Shown here: one piece after another, positions 13,601-25,859 of the stretch
How positions within the stretch are numbered: position 1 is the first letter of the stretch
Layout: every line of letters starts with the position of its first letter
NCBI RefSeq assembly: GCF_006345805.1
Contig: NC_042997.1
Location: 21,886,001 to 21,950,000 of the forward strand
DNA: 64,000 bases
Direction: 5' to 3'
Source of the DNA: Octopus sinensis
Taxonomy: Eukaryota
Notes under the pieces: generated by a model
Databases searched by the model: none
What the model was told of the DNA's origin: nothing
What the model saw: only the letters and a program-made list of their open reading frames with translations
Made by a program: the position numbers and the translations under genes

Positions 13601-15426
13601 ATGCCACTTCTAATTGCCTCTTCTAGCTTCTTAACTAGCTCACCCTCTACTCTATTTCTATCTATGGCTAGTGCTTTGCTGTACCTAATCGCTTCTACTT
13701 CTACTGCAAACCATCATTTGTTGTTGATGATGGCTCCCGTCAAAGCCCTCTTTACTAGTGCGCTAATCCGGTCTCTGAAAACCTGTCTCGATGGGAAAGA
13801 CGCGTTTAGTTTCCAGTATCCGGGACCCTGCCTAAGTGTCTTACCTAAGTCTAGCGTACATGTCACAAGTTTGTGATTCGTGTAGCTGACTATGTGGAAT
13901 TGTAAACATCCTATGCTATCTCTATCTACTGTCCTACACAGTATCCTATCTAGATACGATCTCGACGACCCGATGCGGTTGCTCCATGTCCACGTTGGCG
14001 CATTCGGGTAGTCTAGTCGGAACCTGTCAGACAGTTGAAAGCGTCTGAGCAGGTCTCTGAGGCATTTGCATCCCCGTCTATTCCTATCTCTGCCCACGTA
14101 GTCTACATGCGTGTCCAAGGTAGCATTCCAATCCCCCACTAAGAATAAAGGACGAGACGTTCCCAAGAATACTTCTAGACGTTGAAAGAATTCCGCCCGA
14201 CCTGTTAAGGGCGGTGCGTAGACTGATACGAGTCGAAAAGCGAACCCATTGCTGCCGTCGACATCCAGGACGACCAGTCTACCCTCCGGGTCTACGAATA
14301 TTGCCTTTACTTTGAGATCCAGACTCTTGCGAAAAAGTACCGCGGTGCCACTACCAGACAGGGGGAAAAATAAATGTTGAACTGTCCGCCAAACATGGTC
14401 TTTAGGGCTCGCCGATTGTGGAGTCTGGTCTCACTTATGGCTATGATTTCTAACTTGTGTGACTTTATGTCATTTAAGAGGTACCCTTGTTTCCAAGGGG
14501 ACCCCAAGCCACGCGCATTTACACAACCAATCTTGATCATAATCCTAATGAATTAGAATACAAGTGAAAGGAACAGAGGGTTACTTACTGCTCGAAAGTT
14601 TTTGCTTTCTCCTCCTTTGGTTTGTCCTCGAGGAGATCCCAGTAAAGTTTCTTTGTGAGTAATTTTTGGCATTCACCAACCGCACTGGGGAAAATGCCTT
14701 TGAGTGTGTGGTGCAGACTTCTGGAGATGTGTAATATTTTGATGTGGTCTGGTGGTGTTGTGTGTGGGTGATTGTTTGTTTTTACGTCATCTTCTGTTAT
14801 GTTTGTTTTTGATTTGATGTATTCCATCAAATTTGTGTTTTTGGTGTCTATAGCTGTGAACATGTTTGCTGTATATATTTTTGTGGTGTTGGTGTGGCTG
14901 TTGTTTGTGTTGGGTTTTGAAATGTCTTCGGGAGATGTATTTCCTCCTGCTTTGTTTGTGTTTGCATTTGGTTTGGTTGTGTTTCTGCTCTTTATTTTCC
15001 TTCCTTTTCTAGCTATTTACCATTCCTCACTGGTTTCGTCTTCCGACGAATTTTCTGAGGAATCAGTAGGGGATAGGGGTATGTTGTAGGCTTCTATGTA
15101 TGTCTGTGTAAGTGGTTGTGCCGTTGTTTTCGTTGCTGTTGGTTGTTGAGTGTTTGTGTGTGGTGAGTGCGGTATAAGGGATGGGGAATCAGTTTTTGTA
15201 TATTTTCTTTGTTTTTCTGTTCCTTTGGTTCTTGCTGTTGTTGGTGGTGTTGGTATTTTCTCAGGTGTTGAATAATTTTTGGTTGTTGACGGATTAGCTT
15301 CGTGTGCTTCTCTTGTCGTCTTCTGTGTTGATGGTGGTGTGGGTAGTAGAGCTTTTTCTCGTAGTGTTTTGGTTGTGGTAGTGGTTGTTGTTGTTTCTCT
15401 TGGTGTGCAGTGGTTGGGCACGTCTT

Positions 15427-15427
<1 letters not shown>
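10696..15427 (-). mobile_element. Tx1/L1-clade non-LTR retrotransposon, 5'-truncated (ORF1 remnant, APE-RT ORF2, long 3' UTR)
   Basis: Minus-strand ORF fragments give an APE endonuclease (MIKIGCVNARGLG..IAISETRL; LVGDWNATLD; SYLDRIL), RT (PIALLNADLKILAKVLAKRL; LDQSKAFDRVDH; QGCPLSSLLY; AYVDDVTV) and a C-terminal CPRCGQSDETVLHALVQC knuckle. The 3' end has AATAAA. The coding part is visibly GC-richer than the flanks. Both ends abut TTTC/TATC repeats. Confidence 0.9.
11127..14540 (-). pseudogene. Tx1-type ORF2 (APE endonuclease + reverse transcriptase + Zn knuckle), frameshifted
   Basis: Domains are spread over ORFs 14307-14540, 13714-14166, 12784-13587, 11748-12827 and 11457-11744 in different frames. 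By manual translation the C-terminus continues (..LKRKVRVERQVLSSECFKKRWVN..) to a TGA at 11127-11129. Confidence 0.85.
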
Positions 15428-15511
<84 letters not shown>

Positions 15512-15696
15512 TACGTTCTGGTCTTCTTTCGGTCAACTGCAGCTACCTTCAGCAAAACATGTAGGCGATATAAATTACGATGGTTGCGTAAAGTTATCAT
15601 ACGATCATTAGAGCCAACTATTGATTATGATGTATCAAGGAGACTTTCTTTGAAATTCATTGAGGAGCAATATGGGCATGTAATGGCATGTCGAAA

Positions 15697-15866
15697 TTAC
15701 ATTATTTACATTATTTACATTTGACGGATATTTGTCCTCATCTTGTTTGTTGTTAACACAATGTTTCGGCTGATATACCCTTCAGCCTTCAGCAGGTGTT
15801 TAGGGGGAAATTACGAACCTGGGTTCTGATTCCTAAGGTATTTTTTCGATGTTATTATTATCAGTA

Positions 15867-15927
<61 letters not shown>

Positions 15928-15978
15928 TCACTGCCTCGAATCGAACTCGGAATCTTGGATTTAGTAGCCCGCACTCTT
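15697..15978 (-). mobile_element. Second copy of the same SINE, inverted and lacking its first ~20 nt
   Basis: Reverse complement of 15999-16290, with a hammerhead-like fold at 15755-15800 (minus). Confidence 0.8.
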
Positions 15979-16059
15979 GGGTATATGGCGTAGTGGTTAA
16001 GACTACTAAATCCAAGATTCCGAGTTCGATTCCAGGCAGTGACCTGAATAATAATAATG

Positions 16060-16131
<72 letters not shown>

Positions 16132-16290
16132 TGGAAAAATACCTTACTAATGAGAACCCAGAATCGGAATTCTCCCCAAAACACCTAATGAAGGTTGAAG
16201 GGTATATCAGCCGAAGCGTTGTGTTAGCTACAAAGAAGATGAGGACAAATATACGTCAAATGTAAATAATGTAAATAATGTAAATAATGT
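15979..16290 (+). mobile_element. tRNA-derived SINE: head + (TAA/CAA)n + hammerhead-like tail + (TGTAAATAA)n end
   Basis: A box TGGCGTAGTGG (15986-15996), B box GTTCGATTCC (~16024-16033), internal microsatellite, and hammerhead-like fold at 16180-16225. Confidence 0.8.
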
Positions 16291-17481
16291 ACATAAATCC
16301 TATTCTCTTAAATATAGAACTGTAAATCGAAATTAGTTCACTTCATTTAACTATCATCAGTAGAGTGAGTGGCGAATGGTGTGGATCTAAATGCATGCTT
16401 CTTATATAGTATTGTCTCTACACTGATCGTGATCTTTCGCTTGTCACTTTCTTTCTATGTATGCTGTTCTATTCACCAACATAGAATTTGCACAAATGTT
16501 ACTCAATAATTCAAGACTACATCAGAAACTGTTTACCATGAAACAAGAGAACGCATATTCCTGCTTTATCGGCTTTCAGGAAAAGTACAACTCTCTCTCG
16601 CTCTTTCTTTTTCCTGCTCTCTTTTTCTTTCTCTCTCTCTCTCTCTCTCTATCTATCTCTCTCTCTGTCTCCCTCCCTATCCCTATCTCTGTCTCCATTT
16701 CTCTCTCTACTTCTCTTTCTATTTTCTTCTTTATTTCACTCTATTTTTTTCTCTCCCTCTCTCTGTCTTTCTCTTTCTCCCTACTTTTCTCTTTATTTTT
16801 CTCTCTCTTTCACACTTCCGTTCTCTCTCTTCCGCTCTCTCTTTCTCATTGTCTCTCCATTTCTTGCTCTATTTCTCTATTTCTCTCCCATTCTCTCTCC
16901 CTCTTTCTCGCTCTCTCTCTCTCTCTAAAACATCCAAACTCATTCTCAGGGAGATTAAATATACTTTGATATATATGCTTTACTCTGTTTAACATTTTTC
17001 AATTAAAACTATTTAGACAAGTTCCTGTTTTAATAATATATACGTTGATTTATTATTATTAGAAATTAGTATGTAATGGTTATTGGTATAGAATGTTTAA
17101 ATTAAATTAAATTGCAACAACGTCGATGTTGCATGATCACATCAGAATTTCAGAGAATAAAAAAGTATGAACATATCAAATGCTAAATTGACAGATAGAA
17201 GCCAACAAAAAATCAATAGTAATAATTCAAACGAATTAATGAAAAAAAAAAGGTGGGGAAGAGATGTATAAGCAACAATGAGTTGAAAATGGATGGCATC
17301 TGAACATAATAAAAACCAAATCAAATTGTTTTTTCTTTTCATTTTACGGTAACATATATCATGTAACTTGCTTCAAAATATCAGCCCAAATCTAAATGGA
17401 TAGAAATTGAATCATAAACCTAAAAATAGCCAATTAGATGATTAATTTAATAATAACTATGAAAACGACAACAACATCAGA

Positions 17482-17531
<50 letters not shown>

Positions 17532-17558
17532 GAAGAAGAAGAAGAAGAAGAAGAAGAA

Positions 17559-20500
17559 CACCGGGGACGTTTAACATGTGAGAGCGATAAAACAGTGCTC
17601 CGAAATCTATCCACAAACATCGGAAACAAAGACATCGCATGGAGCTAAAAAATAACTGACAAAGGATTGGACTATATCCGAGTAAGTAATGCTCATTGAA
17701 ATTTATTCCTATTTTCAAAACGAAATGATGTATTTTAACTCGCTATCATCTCCACCTCTAACACAACACATGTAAACATGCGTGATACATTACGATCCAT
17801 CAACACCAGATCATCTCCGGCCCCAAACACCATGTAAAAAAAAACTACGAATAAATTAAATAATACCGGTATTATTCAACCCAAGAATAACAAACGGGAA
17901 GTACGTACTGTAAACTTACAACATAAAATGTACGAAAAACTACACGTGCAAAACAATGTGACAACAGAAATGAACGGACCGGTACCCTACGAAAATGAGG
18001 ACCGTCAAAATAATGGGCCGGATGCTGTTCCTCAGGTCCCGCAAATAAAACCAAAAAGGCATAAATGGACACGTGAGGAATACATTTCAATTCTACACGC
18101 TTACTTTACAGCAGTGCTCTACCCAAATAGCGAAAACACAACAACATATACATATAAAATATGAAAGACAAATAACATAAATAAAGACTTGGATACAGCA
18201 ATGAACCCTAATAAACTAGCTAACGTACGAAGATATATTCTCAACGCAAAAGAAATATCAGAAATAGAAATAGAACATTTAAAAGAAAAAATACATCAGG
18301 AAAATGTAGATAGAAGTCACACAACAATGCCAAATAATATAAACACTGAAACAGTAAAACACGAAGACAAACGTAACATTTCCAACAAAAACGATGTAAA
18401 CAAAAAAACACAACAAACCCAGACCGTAAGGATGCATAATAATACACGACAAACAGCAAGCCTAAACACGACAAACAAACATACAAATGAGAAAGAAAGC
18501 GACACAAATCTAAAACCTGGAAACAACGAAGGGGAGCCTAATGATTATGATACTATAAAAAGTAGAATAATCAAAGAACTGAAAACCACAGAGCTCAAAA
18601 TTGACCACCGACCATACCTCCCAAAAATCAAAATAGACAAAACAACAACACCAATTATAAACAGCATAAATCTAGCATTTACGGAACTAATAGCCACTGA
18701 AACAAAAAGCGATATCACTTAACTAAATGACTTAGTATACGCAGCAGCCACTGCAGCCACAAAAGAAGCTGGATAGTCGCTCAAACCCATCCAAACAGGA
18801 GTACCACCACCCAAACAAACCCTGTGGATAAATAACATCCAAAACAAAATACAAAAAATGAGAAAAGATCTGTCGATTCTTAATGAAATCAGTAGACAAT
18901 CAACGCTAAACAAAAATACTCCGCAAATACAACATCACAGAAAAAGATTTACCTGAGATAAAAGAAAAGCTAAAGCAAGATATCCTTGCCAAAGCACAAA
19001 GGATCCGCCGGTACGAGAAACGCCAACGTTTCTTTGAACAAAACAAACAGTTCAACTCCAGCACCAAAAAGTTCTACCAAGAAATTGGCAAAAATAAAAT
19101 AGAAATCACTGCAGCACCAACGGCAGAAGAAGTGGAAGAATTCTGGAGAGAAATATGGTTGGCGAAGGAACAACCAAAAAAAAGGAGTATTAAAACAACA
19201 AACTCAGCATCTGAGCAACTTTGGACCCCCATAACAACTGAAGAGGTCACCCAGGCACTGCAAAGATTAAGCAACTGGAAGGCACCTGGGCATGACAAGA
19301 TCCCCAACTTCTGGTTGAAATATCTAACAGGAATGCACAAAAAGCTGGCTGAAAACTTTAACAACATACTAGCAGAGCCAAAGACAATGCCTGAATGGCT
19401 CACGAAGGGGAAAACCATCTTAATTCCCAAATCAAATGAGACAGCAAAACCAGAAAACTACAGACCTATAACCTGTCTCCCTACAATGTACAAGGCATTT
19501 ACTGCAGTGATATCGCAAAGATTGAACAAGCACCTGGACGAAAACAACCCGTTTCCAGAAGAGCAGAAAGGATGCCGCAAAGGCTCATATGGCTGTAAAG
19601 ATCAACTAATGATCAATAAAGCCATAACTGAAGACAGCCACAGAAAGAAGAAAGGCCTCAGTATGGCCTGGATCGACTACAAAAAGGCGTTTGATAGCAT
19701 CCCCCACACATGGATCCTCGAAACACTAGCCATTAACAAAGTTGCACCAAAATTATAAAATACATAGGACACTCTATGAATAAATGGCAGACAGTGCTAC
19801 AGCTCCAAACAAAAGAGAGACTTGTGAAAACCAAAGCCATCCCCATTAGAAGAGGAATATTCCAGGGAGATACGTTCTCTCCACTCCTTTCCTGCTTGGC
19901 ACTGTCACCTCTATCGGATATGTTAAACAGAACTGGATGCGGATATAAATGTTACGGCAAAACGATCAGCCACCTTTTATATATGGATGACCTAAAACTA
20001 TACGCTGCAAATGACAAACAGCTGGAAACACTACTAAAGACAGTTCATGGATTTACCAAAGAAATAGATATGAAATTTGGATTAGAGAAATTCGCCAAAG
20101 TAACCCTGAAAAGAGGAAAACTAGTTAAGAGTAGCAACATTACACTAGATAAAACCAATAAAATAAAAGAATTAGACCAAAGTCAAACTTACAAATACTT
20201 AGGAATCCATGAACTAGATAAGACACAACACACACAAATGAAAGAGAAAATAAAAAATGAATATTATAGACGAGTTAGATCAATACTGAAAACAGAGCTC
20301 AATGCTAAAAACAAGATTATATATATCAACACTTTAGCCGTCCCAGTTATAAGTTACAGTTACAATATCCTTAACTGGACACTAAATGAACTGACCAAAA
20401 TAGATAGGAAAACAAGAAAAATAATGACAGGGATCTAGGATGCATCACCCAAAATCTGACATAGAAAGGCTATATATACAACGTATAGAAGGTGGTAGAG

Positions 20501-21509
20501 GCCTTATACAGCTGGAAAACTACTATAAAATAACCACCATAGGACTGCAAAAATATCTACTTCAGAAGGAAGGAAAACTGATACAAATAGCGGCAAAACA
20601 CGACCAAAACAAAAAACTGTTCTCAGTATTTAAGGAAGCTGAACCATGATAAAACGATGGCAAGAAAAGCCCCTGCATGGCAAATACTGGACTAAACTAA
20701 ATGCAAAAGAAATAGACAAAGAAAAATCCCAGCAATGGTTGAGAAGCTCAGGACTCAAAGCAGAGACAGAAGGATTTTTAATTGCAGCACAAGACCAAAG
20801 CCTCCCCACCAGAAATGACCAAAAACATGTAATGAAAAGAAATATTACAAGTAACTGCAGAATATGTGGAGATGGACAAGAAACAATAAATCATATTATC
20901 TCTGGCTGCCCAGTCCTGGCTAAGAAGGAATATATTCACAGACATGACAGAGTTGGGACCTACATACACTGGAAACTATGCCAACATTATGAAATAACAA
21001 CAGAAAAAGATGGTATAGGCACACACCAGAAAAGGTCACAGAAAACGAGAAAGCAACCATACTCTGGGATATGCCAATACACACAGATAGAGAAATTAAG
21101 GCCAATATGCCAAATATAGTTGTCAGAGATCATGAACAAAAAAATGTTTTCTAATTGATGTATCAATACCAGCGGATGACAATGTGTCTCTAAAAGAAAT
21201 GGAGAAACTTTCAAAATACAAAGACCTGGAAATAGAAGTAACCAGAATGTGGAATCTAAAAACAGAAGCAATTTCTATCATTAGGCATGATAAAAAAAAT
21301 ATTCAGACAAATACATAACAAAAACACCAGGACTTACAAACACATATAACATACAGAAAATTGCACTAGGCACTGCACACATCCTACGCAGAACACTTTC
21401 CATACAATAACCATCAGAGCATCACAAAAAATCACAACACATACCCAAGGCACACAGAGCTGCGCTCGGTAGTGAAGTGAAAGCACGCTATAAAAATAAA
21501 ACTACTGAA
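17559..21509 (+). mobile_element. R4/Dong-clade non-LTR retrotransposon (RT + CCHC + restriction-like endonuclease), near full length, inactivated
   Basis: N-terminal KWTREEY motif, RT (NWKAPGHDKI; YRPITCL; WIDYKKAFDSIPH; GIFQGDT; LLYMDDLKLY), CRICGDGQETINHIISGC..RHD and a PD-(D/E)xK-type endonuclease region. Flanked by (TAA)n/(GAA)n on the left and (TAA)n on the right. Confidence 0.9.
17928..21410 (+). pseudogene. Dong/R4 polyprotein with premature stops and frameshifts
   Basis: Broken into ORFs 17928-18164, 18189-18722, 19132-19758, 19776-20438, 20440-20649 and 20646-21119. Confidence 0.85.
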
Positions 21510-21523
21510 TGATAATAATAATG

Positions 21524-21628
<105 letters not shown>

Positions 21629-22076
21629 TTGAGTGAGAGAGCAGTGCATGCCATTTAAGTGACAATTGGGTAAAATATAGGAAGTTCTGGGTTCAAATTC
21701 CACCGAAGTCAACTTAGCTTTTTATCCTTTCGGGGTCGATATAATAATTACCAGTTGAGTCTGGGGTCGATCTATTCGACTTACCCATTTCCTCGAAAAT
21801 ACTCACCTTGTGCCAATATTTGAAACCAGTATTTTAGCAACAAGTGTTCTAAGAAATACTACAAAATATGAAGAATGTTAAACGGGGGTCCTCACAGAAA
21901 TCTTGGGTGGTATAGGAAAGTTATATAAAAGCGTGGATAGAGTGGAAGGTGTTTTACAATACATATTTGTGTGTGTGTGTGTGTGCGCGCGCGCGCGCGC
22001 GCGTGTGTGTAATCAACTGGGTTAAAAATTATATGAAACTTGTAAATATTGCAGGAAATAGCTCAAGAAATATTGT

Positions 22077-22151
<75 letters not shown>

Positions 22152-22173
22152 CGTTATATATACACACACATAT

Positions 22174-22222
<49 letters not shown>

Positions 22223-23484
22223 CGTAGCCATATTACGCTAGCATTATAATAATATATTAATTTGAATAATTGTGCTTTTGATGGCTCGTCATTAAATAAT
22301 CAATATATATATATATATATTTTATTCACAACACATCACGAATCAGAAGCACTTAAATACATTTAAGTATTAGAGATCCTGGGTTTGAAGGAAATAAAAA
22401 AAATCATTTTACTCTTTTGATGTTCCCTCTAGATACCTCTCTCTTTCCTGATTATGTTATTTGACGCTGATGATTCAAGAATTCTTGCGGAGTAATATCG
22501 TACATTTTGGGGGATAGATTATTCTGACGTAAGTACTCTGCAGATTCTTTATTCTTTGATCCTGATAATCCAGTACTTCTTCTAAATCGTTCACGTTCCT
22601 TTTCTCTAAAATTTCTATTGCAGTATCGTTGGTTTTCCGAATAATTGTCAAGATCATTATCTTAGTGAATTCTCCTTTACTTGAGAAGGGCTCACTTTCA
22701 CAGGAGACAAAGATCCTCACTTGAGATCGGCTTTTTGCCTAATGATTCCATCTTCACGTGCGGTGTACTCCTCATCATGTTTGTTCTTGAATACTCTTTC
22801 GTAGTCCTTTTTTATTTCAGGTTTTAAACAAGTTTGTCGGTCGCCAATTACCTTCCTTTGTTCCCCATCTTTATAAGTGAATGGGTTTGAGCTATAGTGA
22901 ACGAATGGCTTCCTGATGATATAGTTTTCGTTGTTATTGCTGTTAATGTGGATGATTCTTACATGAGTGATTCCCGCCAGGTCAATCTGGGAGTTGGGGC
23001 TCCTAGTGGGTATTACGATGTTTTTCCACGCTTTCTGATTTGTGCCCAGTGTCGCCTTAAGAACGTCATCCTTTCTGATTTGCTGCTCTTGTCTCTGTGC
23101 TTTTCCTTTTAAATCTTTCGGATAGAAAACTTTAAAACTGCTGAGTGATTTTTGCTGCCGTTTTACAGGCATCTAGGCCATTTATTCTGGAAACTGAGTT
23201 TCAAGACTTTTATCTCAGCACGCTTTACAAGGCATAACATTTGCATTGTTTTCTGGTCTTGCGAAGTCATGGAAACTTTTACGTCAGTGTGACCCCTCCC
23301 AGTCTTTACTGGTCAGTTGCCCTGGTTAGTATTCACGACAAATGTGACTACTAACCAGGAGTTGGCAATATCACTCATGTTTCTGACAATGGCCTTTGAG
23401 TCAGTCCTTCCCAACAAGAGTGGGACCAGCTTATAGGTAATTATGTCACATACAAATTTGGACTCGCAAATGGCCTCGTTGTTT

Positions 23485-23700
23485 AAGATAATGAGCTGGC
23501 AAAATTGTTAGCACGACGGACAAAGTTCTTATCGGCATTTTGTCTGTCTTTAAGTGCTCAGTTCAAATTCCACTGAGGTCGACTTTGCCTTTCATCCTTT
23601 CGGCTTCGATAAAATAAGTACGAGATGAGGATTGGGGTCGATGTTATCGAATTACGCCTTCCCTGAAATTGTTGGCTTGGTACCAAACCTTGAAACCATT
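23485..23700 (+). mobile_element. SINE family B, diverged
   Basis: gagctggcaaaattgttagcac...cagttcaaattccactgaggtcgactttgcctttcatcctttcgg. Other diverged copies at ~21660-21830 (+), ~59715-59870 (+) and ~62520-62715 (-). Confidence 0.7.
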
Positions 23701-24286
23701 ATTATTACTACTACAACTACTACAACTACAACAACAGCAACTACTACTACTAATATCATTACCATAAATTACCATCATTAATTCAATAGATTTTTTTTTA
23801 TTCTGAAACAAGTCTACCCTAGCACAGTCATTACTGGTGATTGGCATCATAAAATTTACGTAACAAAATTATATCCAAACACCACCGTTTATGTAGAAAA
23901 TGATAAAGTAAATCGAAATGATAAGGGAAAAAAGATATTGCAAATTACTTGTTCTTAGGAGAACCTAGCAGAGGGAAGATAAAGAGGTTGAGATGGTAAT
24001 ATGATAATTAAATGAAAATACTTCTTTTCAATAGGGAAGTAAGTGTAAAATTACAACTCTGGTAAAAAAAAAATACAAAGCGAGATGAAAAAATAAGTAT
24101 AATATGCTACTAGGTGTTCAAACATTGGAATTTAAATATAAGGAAGGAATTTTAATTTCGGGATATATCTTATATGTGTGTGTGTATGTATGTATGTATG
24201 TGTTTGTATGAATAGTATACATACACAGATGCATACATACATACATACATACATACATACATACACACGTGTGTGTGAGCGTGATG

Positions 24287-24323
<37 letters not shown>

Positions 24324-24879
24324 GTATTAAATAATAGACAAGTGAGGCTTATGGAATGGGGTACAGATTATAGTTGTTTTATATTTTATTCTCTTCTTCA
24401 ATATTCTGATTTTAGATCAACCATTTTCAGTCGACAAGAGACATTTTTTGAGCAATAAAAATTGCGAAAATAGGATTTACACAATTACCTTAATATATGA
24501 ACCAATTCAGTAAGAAAGTGTCTTAGTGCTAAAGATTTTTTAGTCATAAGATTTTGGGTTCGATAACATTGAGACGCATGTTGGTCTAATGTCTCCTACG
24601 AAATGCCCGAATCAGCCCAAGTCTTATGGGGAAACTGCGTAGATGGAAGCTACGTGGAAAGTCGGTGGATGAAGTTTACTTGTAATACGAATAGCATAAT
24701 TTCTTATTGAGTCTATTTAAGGATCACATTAAGAGTACAAAAGAACAACCATTCATATTATATTGTTAAGAGGAGATGGATCTGTTGATAAAACATTTGG
24801 CACCCTCGTATGCCGAACCTGGCACAAATTACTTTCTTTGTATTATACGAATGTATTCACCAAAATTCGAAAAAGTTAC

Positions 24880-25640
24880 TTGTATATTTGTCGAGAATAT
24901 GTCACATGGTTTATTTTAACACTGGTCTGGAATTCTGTAACGCATTTATATATGTTTTACCTTTCTTCGGTAATGCCATTGAGTGTTCCAAGTGTTTTTA
25001 GCATTAGACACTTTCATCAAACTGAGTAACTCGGAAATGATCAGGCACCAACTTGTAATCCAGCGACTCTCTTAATCCAAATACACCTGGCACCCTTCTC
25101 TGCGTCGCAGACTGAATTGCTCTTTTGTTTGTTGTGAAATGCAATCGGCTGAAGGTACAGGAGATCCTCCATCAACAAGTCAATGGAGCTGTGTAAACAA
25201 AAAGAAACCAAATAAATTGTGGTTGGATAGATTGTTGATAAATCTAAGTTTTGAATCTTATCGAGCTTGCTAAGCCCAGATTCAGTATCGTTCGTGGTCT
25301 TTGAATGATTGTAAAATCTTTTAGAGTGAATCGAAGAGCTTCCCCAGACTTTTCTTTAGGTGCTCCATAGTAGAATAATGGCAATTCTGAATTGTGAGAA
25401 ACAAAATTTATCGATCATCTTCCACTTCTGCAACAGAGACCCACAACCGACAGGTTTGAAAAACATCCTTGCCAAGTGCAAAGATTCTGTAGTCGTTGTA
25501 AAATCCATCTGCTTCCATTCTGTTGTGATGGAAAGGTTATCCATAAATGCTCTTACTGAAGATTGTTTTACGCTAGACTTGGAGTAGGGGCCACTACCTT
25601 CCAACTTGGCAAATTTGATTGTCATGTTTATGACAAGTTC
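24880..25640 (-). mobile_element. Degenerate HERO/NeSL-like RLE retrotransposon fragment (end of RT and thumb)
   Basis: Minus-strand RAFMDNLSITT..LARMFFKP..GSLL and a downstream KSLGKLFDSL resemble, from recall, the HERO-type RAFMDD..WARMxFKP..KSLGKxxD motifs. Confidence 0.5.
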
Positions 25641-25697
25641 AAAAAATAATGACAGAAACGAAAATTGTCTCCTTTCCAAGCCGATACCAATATGAAC

Positions 25698-25798
25698 ATA
25701 CATACATACATACATACATACATACATACATACATACATACGTACGCACGCACGTACGTACGTACGTACGTACATACATACATACATACATACATACA

Positions 25799-25828
<30 letters not shown>
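25698..25828. repeat. (CATA)n microsatellite with central (CGTA)n block
   Basis: Directly visible. Confidence 0.9.
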
Positions 25829-25829
<1 letters not shown>

Positions 25830-25859
25830 GATGTGAAAACTCGGAAGATACTAACAAGC

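Noticed and set aside
15979-16044. Possible tRNA gene
   Set aside because: A and B boxes are present, but there is no complete cloverleaf or acceptor stem and it continues into a SINE body; treated as a SINE head.
17559-17720. HDV-like ribozyme in the Dong 5' UTR, by analogy with R2/R4 elements
   Set aside because: Only short local hairpins were found. I could not build the nested double pseudoknot by eye; a descriptor search would be needed.
21968-22010. (GT)n(GC)n(GT)n potential Z-DNA tract
   Set aside because: An ordinary compound microsatellite in a genome full of them, with no evidence of function.
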